Origin: Acidilobaceae archaeon
GTDB taxonomy: Archaea; Thermoproteota; Thermoprotei_A; Sulfolobales; Acidilobaceae
NCBI GenBank assembly: GCA_038824665.1
Contig: JAWBBK010000003.1
Coordinates: forward strand, 318-64,317
DNA: 64,000 nt
Reading direction: 5' to 3'
The stretch's first letter is position 1. The number at the start of each line of letters is the position of its first letter. This document shows, one piece after another, positions 57,345 to 64,000 of this stretch. The position numbers and the translations under genes were made by a program. The notes under the pieces are model-generated. The model was not told the DNA's origin. It did not search any database and saw only the letters and a program-made list of their open reading frames with translations.

Positions 57345-58007
57345 ATGAGGTCCTATGTTGTCCTGTTCTCTACGATGACTGTAGACGGTAGGATAGCTAG
57401 CAGAACCGGGTATTCTAGACTTAGTTGTCTTGAAGACCTAGAACTTCTTCATAAACTCAGAGCCTCAAGCGATGCCGTAATGGTAGGAGCTAACACTGTG
57501 ATCTCTGACAACCCTCGACTGACGACAAGACTAGTCGCAGGACCTAGCCCCAAATACAGAGTCGTCGTAGACGCCAGACTAAGAGTTCCTCCTACAGCAA
57601 GAGTCTTTGAGTCTCCTAACAGAGGAGTTTTGGTGACTTTAGATAAATGGAGTGATGAAGACTTAGCGAAGTATTTAGATCGAGGAGTTAAAGTGATAAA
57701 AGCGGGAAAGGACGAGATAGATCTGAAGCTTGCTCTAACGAAGCTTTATGAAATAGGGATTCGAAGACTTCTCGTTGAAGGCGGAGGAACTCTCAACTGC
57801 TCTATGCTCGCATCTGGTCTAGTAGACGAGATAAGAGTTACCGTAGCTCCTTATGTGTTCGGTTCAGGCGTTTCTCTAGCTGAGTGTGAAGCTTTTGATG
57901 GAGAACATAACAGAGTTGAACTCTCTTTAGTAGAGTACTGGGAAGTGTGTCCAGGATGGCTTCACCTAGTTTATAGAGTCGTTCGTCCGAAAAACGTTTT
58001 ACCTTAA
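57345..58007 (+). CDS. ribD: Pyrimidine reductase, RibD C-terminal/Rib7 type
   Basis: TVDGRIA, DAVMVGANTV..DNPRLT and LLVEGGG motifs. Confidence 0.92.
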   Translation: MRSYVVLFSTMTVDGRIASRTGYSRLSCLEDLELLHKLRASSDAVMVGANTVISDNPRLTTRLVAGPSPKYRVVVDARLRVPPTARVFESPNRGVLVTLDKWSDEDLAKYLDRGVKVIKAGKDEIDLKLALTKLYEIGIRRLLVEGGGTLNCSMLASGLVDEIRVTVAPYVFGSGVSLAECEAFDGEHNRVELSLVEYWEVCPGWLHLVYRVVRPKNVLP

Positions 58008-58039
58008 CCCATTAAAGTTCTAACTCCGGATGAGAGCTT

Positions 58040-59227
58040 TTGAGCTCGAGAGAACCTAGAATATACATCGCTAGTCTAGAGGACATACTAGAGGGAAGAG
58101 CTACCGACATCTACTTCTATAGGACTAAAGTGATTTTAGATAAGTACTCTGAAGACATTGAGGTCAGAATGCAGGTTCACGCTTACTCGCTACCTAAAGG
58201 GTATAGTTGGGCGGTCTTCGCAGGACTTGAAGAAGCTCTAGCGGTGCTTAAAGGAAAGCCTCTCACAGTATATGCTGTACCCGAAGGAACAGTGTTTAGA
58301 AGAAAATACCCTATAATGTTGATTGAAGGAAGACTTAGAGATATGGTGCTTTATGAAACTGCTTATTTAGGGGTTTTGAGATTCGCTTCAAGCATAGCGA
58401 CAAAGACCGCTAGACTAAAGAAGCTGGCTGGAGATAAGACTCTTCTCTTTTTCGGATTGAGAGCTCTCCATCCTGTTCTTCAACCAGCTGCTGATCGAGC
58501 AGCCTACATCGGAGGAGCTGACGGTGTGAGCGGATTGCTAGCAGAAAAGTATTTAGGGCTGAAGCCTATGGGTACAATGCCTCACGCTCTTATAGTGGCC
58601 ATGGGAGACCAGAGAAGAGCTTGGAAGAGCTTCGCTGAGACATTCGGTAAGGAGACTCCAGTAATAGCGTTAGTGGACACTTTTTACGATGAGAGAGTCG
58701 AGGCACTAATGGCTGCAGAACTCCTCGGCAAGGACCTTTATGGAGTCAGACTTGACACTCCAGGTAGCAGAAGAGGTAGGATGAGAGATATAGTAGAAGA
58801 AGTCAGAATAGCTTTGGATAGAGCAGGCTATAGACACGTGAAGATCTTCGTCAGTGGAGGAATAGATGAAAACGAAGTAGTGGAGCTAAGAGATATAGTA
58901 GACGGATTCGGAGTAGGGACAGCTATAGCTGCTGCTCCCAACATAGACATAAGCGCAGACATAGTTGAAATACGCGAAGAGGGAGAGTGGAAACCTAGAG
59001 CTAAGAGAGGGAAAATACCGTCAGCTCTACAAGTCTACAGATGTAGTGTCAAAGAAGACTATCTGATCTTTTTTGAACAAAGAGAAGTCCCAAGATGTAA
59101 AGACGGTTCTGAAGCTAGACCTCTTTTAGTTAAATACATAGAGAACGGCGAGATGGTTAGAGACTTACCGAAGCTAGAAGACATCAGAAAGTACGTGCTC
59201 GAACAGATAAAAGAGATAGACCTTTAG
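58040..59227 (+). CDS. pncB: Nicotinate phosphoribosyltransferase
   Basis: TDIYF, GTMPHA, LVDT, GVRLDTP.SRRG, SGG and DGFGVG motifs. Confidence 0.95.
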   Translation: MSSREPRIYIASLEDILEGRATDIYFYRTKVILDKYSEDIEVRMQVHAYSLPKGYSWAVFAGLEEALAVLKGKPLTVYAVPEGTVFRRKYPIMLIEGRLRDMVLYETAYLGVLRFASSIATKTARLKKLAGDKTLLFFGLRALHPVLQPAADRAAYIGGADGVSGLLAEKYLGLKPMGTMPHALIVAMGDQRRAWKSFAETFGKETPVIALVDTFYDERVEALMAAELLGKDLYGVRLDTPGSRRGRMRDIVEEVRIALDRAGYRHVKIFVSGGIDENEVVELRDIVDGFGVGTAIAAAPNIDISADIVEIREEGEWKPRAKRGKIPSALQVYRCSVKEDYLIFFEQREVPRCKDGSEARPLLVKYIENGEMVRDLPKLEDIRKYVLEQIKEIDL

Positions 59228-59266
59228 CTTTCAAGAACTTTTTATAGGTTTCTTTCAGCTAAATAT

Positions 59267-60607
59267 GTGGAGCTGTTTATGGCTAGACGACTTTGGCGCG
59301 TAGCCATAACTATAGCGGGTAGCGATTCAGGCGGCGGAGCAGGCATCCAAGCTGACCTCAAGACCTTTGCAGCTCTAGGCGTTCACGGAACTACAGCGAT
59401 AACCAGCATAACGGCTCAAAACACATATCAAGTCACAGCAGTTCATGATGTGCCTCCAGAAATCGTTTACGAGCAGATCAAAGCAGTGGCTGAAGACATG
59501 GGTATAGACGCTGGCAAGACCGGAATGCTTAGCAACAAGGAGATAATATTGGCTGTAGCTAGAGCTCTAAGCGATTATCCTTTCCCTTTAGTGATAGATC
59601 CTGTCATGGTGGCTAAAAGCGGAGCAAGACTCTTGAGAGAAGACGCTCTAGAAGCTCTGAAGAGAGAACTATTACCCAAAGCGAAAGTGATTACTCCTAA
59701 TAGGTGGGAGGCAGAAATACTAGCTGGGTTTAAGATCGAGACTCTTGAAGACGCTAAGAAAGCAGCAGAAGTAATCGCTGAAGGCTATGGTTGCGAAGCA
59801 GTTGTCGTAAAAGGAGGACATCTGAAGATCGAAGACTCCTCAGACATATTGTACTGGCAAGGACGGCACTACAAAATACCTGGTCCACGTATTGAAGATG
59901 CGTGTACTCACGGTACGGGTTGCTCTTTCTCAGCCGCTATAGCTGCTTACCTAGCTCAAGGACTTGATGTGTATAAAGCCGTAGTTGAAGCCAAGAAGTT
60001 CATTACCGTAGCTATAGATTACGGAGTAAAGGTCGGAAAAGGCTTCTGTCCTGTCAATCCTACAGCCTGGTTGGAGCTACCGGCGCAGAGATATAGAGTT
60101 CTAGAAAACGTTGAGAAAGCATTGAGAAAGATGTTCAACTTAAGAGAGAAGATAATGAAGGTCGCTTCTCAGACAGAGATAGAGGTCTCAGAGAGAATCT
60201 CATCCAGATATGTGAGAGGACTCGAAGATGTAGTGACGGCATCACTGGATCTAGCAAAAGCTCAGGAGTTCGAGATAACGCTGAGATCGAGACCTCGAAC
60301 AGCAGAGTTTCTCATCTATCTCGCTTCTTTAGACCCTGAGCTACAAGCGACAATAACTTTGAGATACAATGAGAAGTTAATAGAAAGAGCTATAGACGAA
60401 GGCTATACGGTAGCCTGTTTGGAGCTTCCGAGAGAGGCTTCAGCTATAGAAATGATAAAAGAGGCGACTAAGAGAGCAGGAGGAAAAGTGCCTGACGTTA
60501 TTTGCGAAGGAGTAGGCTCTGATGCTCTAATCAGACTAACGGCGAGGAGTTCTGTAGAGGCTGTAGAGAAGCTCGAAAGAATCTTGAGAGAAGTCGCTAA
60601 CTCTTAG
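59267..60607 (+). CDS. thiD: HMP/HMP-P kinase with degenerate ThiN-like C-terminal domain
   Basis: [27 protein letters not shown] and THGTGC; C-terminal extension. Confidence 0.95.
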   Translation: MELFMARRLWRVAITIAGSDSGGGAGIQADLKTFAALGVHGTTAITSITAQNTYQVTAVHDVPPEIVYEQIKAVAEDMGIDAGKTGMLSNKEIILAVARALSDYPFPLVIDPVMVAKSGARLLREDALEALKRELLPKAKVITPNRWEAEILAGFKIETLEDAKKAAEVIAEGYGCEAVVVKGGHLKIEDSSDILYWQGRHYKIPGPRIEDACTHGTGCSFSAAIAAYLAQGLDVYKAVVEAKKFITVAIDYGVKVGKGFCPVNPTAWLELPAQRYRVLENVEKALRKMFNLREKIMKVASQTEIEVSERISSRYVRGLEDVVTASLDLAKAQEFEITLRSRPRTAEFLIYLASLDPELQATITLRYNEKLIERAIDEGYTVACLELPREASAIEMIKEATKRAGGKVPDVICEGVGSDALIRLTARSSVEAVEKLERILREVANS

Positions 60608-60644
60608 AGTTCCATAAGACCTTTCGTTCTAAGACCTTCTGAGA

Positions 60645-60720
60645 GGGCCCGTAGCTCAGCCAGGACTAGAGCGCCGGGCTTCGGACCCGGAGGTCCCGGG
60701 TTCAAATCCCGGCGGGCCCG
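60645..60720 (+). tRNA. tRNA-Arg(UCG), CCA not encoded
   Basis: gggcccg...ccggg-ctTCGga-cccgg...ttcaaat...cgggccc-g. Confidence 0.95.
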
Positions 60721-60747
60721 CATCTACTTCTTCAAGAAAAGTGTAAG

Positions 60748-60876
60748 GCCTCCAGCCTCGGCTTGAGGGCCCTGCGAGGCCTCGCGGACCTCACGGGGCC
60801 CTCAACGCGGTCGGCTTAACTTCCGGGTTCGATATGAGTCCGGGTGTTGCCCGACCGCTATGGCCGAGCTGGAGGC
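60748..60876 (-). rRNA. rrf: 5S rRNA (coordinates include an extended terminal stem)
   Basis: Reverse complement cggccatagcgg...acacccggactcat.tcgaacccggaagttaagcc..., closed by gcctccagc/gctggaggc. Confidence 0.96.
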
Positions 60877-60920
60877 AATTTGATAGTAGTCAGGCTGAGC
60901 TTATATCTGTTGCTTGTTCG

Positions 60921-61490
60921 TTAAAACTGAGAAGCAATTAGCTCAGCTTCTCTTAACCTTCTCAAAATTACGTGACTGTCTTCAAATTCAAGAGCGTCTT
61001 CATAAAGCCTGGTCTTGTCTATCGAAAGCTTTCCTGCTCTAACCATTCTGGATATCTCCTTAAGTCTATTCATATCGCTTGACCTTCCCGCGTTCGCTTT
61101 TAGAGTCAGGTACTCTTCAAGACCTAAAGTTCGGACTTCTACATCTCCGATCCTAATTGACGATGTCCTCTTTTCTAAAAAGCTAGGAGGCACGTAGAAG
61201 TCATGAATGTTATCGTAGAACTCGAACAGAACTTCTTCAATAGAGGTTCTAACTACAAGTCTAGGAGTTCCTAGCCAGGTCTGTCCCAAAACCCATCTTC
61301 TACTTGAGGCAACAGAAGCAAATACTTCCTCATCGTAGATGAGAGGGTTTTGAGAGAACACATCTACATCATCGCCCAGGTCGTTGGAGTTCAGCAGGAG
61401 TTCTACTATGGTTCCACCTATCACTACGAACTCGAAGCCTTCTTCGTAGAGAGCCTTAACGGCTTCAGCGAAAGCTCTTCTTGAAACCAC
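60921..61490 (-). CDS. Nucleotidyltransferase-family protein
   Basis: FVVIGG...DVDVF and C-terminal LKA.AGR..D. Confidence 0.8.
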   Translation of the reverse strand: MVSRRAFAEAVKALYEEGFEFVVIGGTIVELLLNSNDLGDDVDVFSQNPLIYDEEVFASVASSRRWVLGQTWLGTPRLVVRTSIEEVLFEFYDNIHDFYVPPSFLEKRTSSIRIGDVEVRTLGLEEYLTLKANAGRSSDMNRLKEISRMVRAGKLSIDKTRLYEDALEFEDSHVILRRLREAELIASQF

Positions 61491-61563
61491 TGAAAGCCCC
61501 TACGTATCGTTCAGCTCAAACTTTATACGTCTAGATGAACCAGCTCCTCGTCTGGGAGCAACT

Positions 61564-62127
61564 ATGGAATACCTGAGAGTCTTCGTAGCTATCGATATAG
61601 AGGATCCTCTTCTAGTCTCTAGGTTAGAAAGGCTAAAGGACTCGCTTTTGTCGACAGGGGTTGCGATGAAGCCTGTAGAGCCTTACAACTACCACATAAC
61701 GCTTAGATTCATAGGAGAAGTGCCGAAGAGAGTAGTGGATGAGATAGCTAGGTCTTTGAGAACAGTTATCTTTAAGCCATTTAAAGCTGTTCTCAAAGGA
61801 CTCGGAGCGTTTCCTTCTATCGCAAACCCCAGAGTTATATGGGTAGGAGTGAGCGAAGGCGAGAAAGAACTGAAAGAACTTCATGACATCGTAGAACAGG
61901 CGTTAAGAAAAGCGAATATACCTCCTGAGAGAGAAGAGTTTGTAGCTCACATCACGTTGGCCAGAGTTAAGGGGTCTAAGAATATAGGCGGTTTAATCAG
62001 GCTTTTAACGGAACTCTCAGACTACGAGGTAGGCTTGATGGAGGTAAACAGTATAAGGCTTAAGAAGAGCGTGCTTACGAAGAAAGGTCCTATCTATGAA
62101 ACCCTAATTGAGGTCAAAGCGTTATGA
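61564..62127 (+). CDS. thpR: RNA 2',3'-cyclic phosphodiesterase
   Basis: RVFVAID and two HITL motifs. Confidence 0.95.
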   Translation: MEYLRVFVAIDIEDPLLVSRLERLKDSLLSTGVAMKPVEPYNYHITLRFIGEVPKRVVDEIARSLRTVIFKPFKAVLKGLGAFPSIANPRVIWVGVSEGEKELKELHDIVEQALRKANIPPEREEFVAHITLARVKGSKNIGGLIRLLTELSDYEVGLMEVNSIRLKKSVLTKKGPIYETLIEVKAL

Positions 62128-63479
62128 ACTTAGCCAACGAGGTTGAGAAAGAGGTCATAGAATATCTAAGACCGACGCCGTGGCAACTGAAAGCTCTAAG
62201 CGGGCTAGCTGAAATAGTGAGCTTCTCTTTGAGAAAATGCACTGAGGCTAGAGGTCTCAAAACGAAAATCTCAATTGAAGGTAGTTTCGCTAAGGGAACT
62301 CTTCTTTCAGACAAGAAAGAAATAGACGTCTTTGTTCTATTCAACAACGTAACTGACGAGTGGATCGAGAGAGAAAGTCTAGGACTTTTAGAGACGTGTC
62401 TGAAAGGCTTTAAGATCAAGAAGAAGCACGCACAACACCCCTACGTAACTGTAGAGTTCAACGACCTCTCTGCAGACGTAGTCCCCGCTAGACTCGTAGA
62501 GTCTCCCTTGCAAAGCAAGTTAGGCGTCAGCAGAACCCCATTCCATACAGAGTACATAAAGAGCAAGCTAGGTCAAGATCCCTCGTTAGCTGACGAGGTT
62601 AGGCTTCTCAAATCTTTTATGAAGGGAATAGGAGTCTATGGGGCAGAAACCGGAATAGACGGCTTCTCTGGATATCTAGCGGAACTCCTAGTCGTATATT
62701 ACGGAGGGTTTAGGAACGCCTTAAGGGCAGCTACCGAATGGACTCCTCCTGTATATATTGACATTGAGGGCTTTGGAGTCAAAGAGGAGATCGTTAAGAG
62801 ATACAGAGGGTGTCCTATCATAATAGTGGACCCTGTAGACCCTATGCGCAATGCTGCAGCAGCTGTTTCCTTAGAGAAGCTAGCTCTTTTCATACTGGCT
62901 TCGAAGCTCTATCTCAGAGGTCCAGACAAGAAGTTCTTCCACATATTTGCAGAAAGGGTAAAAATAGAGGCTCCGGCTGTCGTGGTCTTTTGTGAAGGCG
63001 ATTTCTCGAATAAAGATGAGGCAGTAGTATTAGGAAAGCTCAAAAGAGCTTCAGACCTAATATTGTCAAATCTAAAAGAGAAAGGCTTTGTTCCTCTTTG
63101 GAGAACTTATGGATATGAGAACGAAAGAGCAGTCATCGCGATAGGTTTAGAGTCTCTCACCATGCCTTTCTTTGAGGTTAGAACAGGACCAATGGCTTGG
63201 GAAAACGAAGAGAGGCTAATCAGCTTTCTCTCAAAGAGATTTGAAGAGAAAGCTCAGGTGTGGCTGGGAAGAGATGGAAGGCTTTATGGGTTACGGACTA
63301 GAGCTTTGAAAAGCGTTTCTCCTTTAGTCGCTCTTCTCAAACCTAAGGTCTCAGAGCTACTGTCAGCTGAGTGTAGCTTGGAGGCCTGCGAGGATTCGTG
63401 GAGATGTCTAAGAGATTCAGGAGTGAGCTTGCGAGCCTTGATAAATTACCCAACACATGCTTGGATGAGGTCAGCATAG
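62124..63479 (+). CDS. cca: Class I CCA-adding enzyme
   Basis: GSFAKGT...EIDVF, HPYV, RTPFHT, GVYGAE, GFSGY and DPVDP.RNAAAA motifs. Confidence 0.96.
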   Translation: MNLANEVEKEVIEYLRPTPWQLKALSGLAEIVSFSLRKCTEARGLKTKISIEGSFAKGTLLSDKKEIDVFVLFNNVTDEWIERESLGLLETCLKGFKIKKKHAQHPYVTVEFNDLSADVVPARLVESPLQSKLGVSRTPFHTEYIKSKLGQDPSLADEVRLLKSFMKGIGVYGAETGIDGFSGYLAELLVVYYGGFRNALRAATEWTPPVYIDIEGFGVKEEIVKRYRGCPIIIVDPVDPMRNAAAAVSLEKLALFILASKLYLRGPDKKFFHIFAERVKIEAPAVVVFCEGDFSNKDEAVVLGKLKRASDLILSNLKEKGFVPLWRTYGYENERAVIAIGLESLTMPFFEVRTGPMAWENEERLISFLSKRFEEKAQVWLGRDGRLYGLRTRALKSVSPLVALLKPKVSELLSAECSLEACEDSWRCLRDSGVSLRALINYPTHAWMRSA

Positions 63480-64000
63480 ACAATGTGGAAGTCGTAAAGG
63501 CTCTCTGCTATCCTTTTGAGAAAGGTTCAACTAGAGTTTGTATCGAAAGAGTGGAGAGACTGCTTTCAACAGGCATCGATGTAGTCTGCTCGTGGGGACT
63601 CAGCGAACTTCCAGGCTCACGTCTTCGAGTCTTAGGGAAGGGGCACTCCAGCGTAGTGCTTTCAGCTTTCTCAAACAAGCTAGGCCTCGTAGCTATTAAA
63701 GTTCGCAGGCTGGACAGCAAGCGACAGAGTCTCGTACAAGAAGCTCTACTGCTTCGTGAAGCCTCAATGACAGGCGCTTCTCCTCATGTTTATTATTATG
63801 ACGACGACATGATAGTGATGGACGCAGTACTGGGACCCTCTTTAGAGAAAAGAATTAGAGAGAACGGATTGACTGAGAGAACTCTAGAAGAGGTCTTGGA
63901 TACAGTTAGGGCTCTCGATGTCGCAAAGATCTTACACTTAGAGCTTAGTAGACCGTGGAGAAACTTGGTTTTTACTTGCGAGAGCCCTTGGTGTAAAGCT
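63461..64000 (+). CDS. Ser/Thr kinase-like protein, truncated by window edge
   Basis: TTG 63461; LCYP...VLGKGHSSVV...VAIKVRRLDSKR..L..EA...ILHLELSRP. Confidence 0.85.
   Translation, partial: MDEVSIDNVEVVKALCYPFEKGSTRVCIERVERLLSTGIDVVCSWGLSELPGSRLRVLGKGHSSVVLSAFSNKLGLVAIKVRRLDSKRQSLVQEALLLREASMTGASPHVYYYDDDMIVMDAVLGPSLEKRIRENGLTERTLEEVLDTVRALDVAKILHLELSRPWRNLVFTCESPWCKA

Overview
Core-genome segment of a thermophilic crenarchaeon (Desulfurococcales/Acidilobales-like). The assignment rests on Cren7, PriX, CdvB/CdvC, rpS26e, Aeropyrum-type ORB boxes and frequent TTG starts. The window opens with the AT-richer tail of a type I-A CRISPR-Cas interference operon (cas7 end, cas5, cas8a, cas3', cas3''); no CRISPR array is in the window. 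The rest is translation, replication, repair and cofactor genes, 4 tRNAs, a 5S rRNA and a replication origin with four ORB boxes between rpiA and tiaS. The most unusual items are: (1) a free-standing intein-like (Hint) protein with no exteins that has lost both splice-junction catalytic residues; (2) an unannotated 46-aa poly-Glu microprotein with periodic FW motifs; (3) a 488-aa helix-turn-helix protein facing a promoter-bearing 20-aa micro-ORF; (4) a panE gene split at a UUU_CGC +1 slippage-type site; (5) several candidate structured RNAs; (6) several genes that appear to need CTG start codons. All calls come from reading the sequence and from known family motifs; no searches were run.
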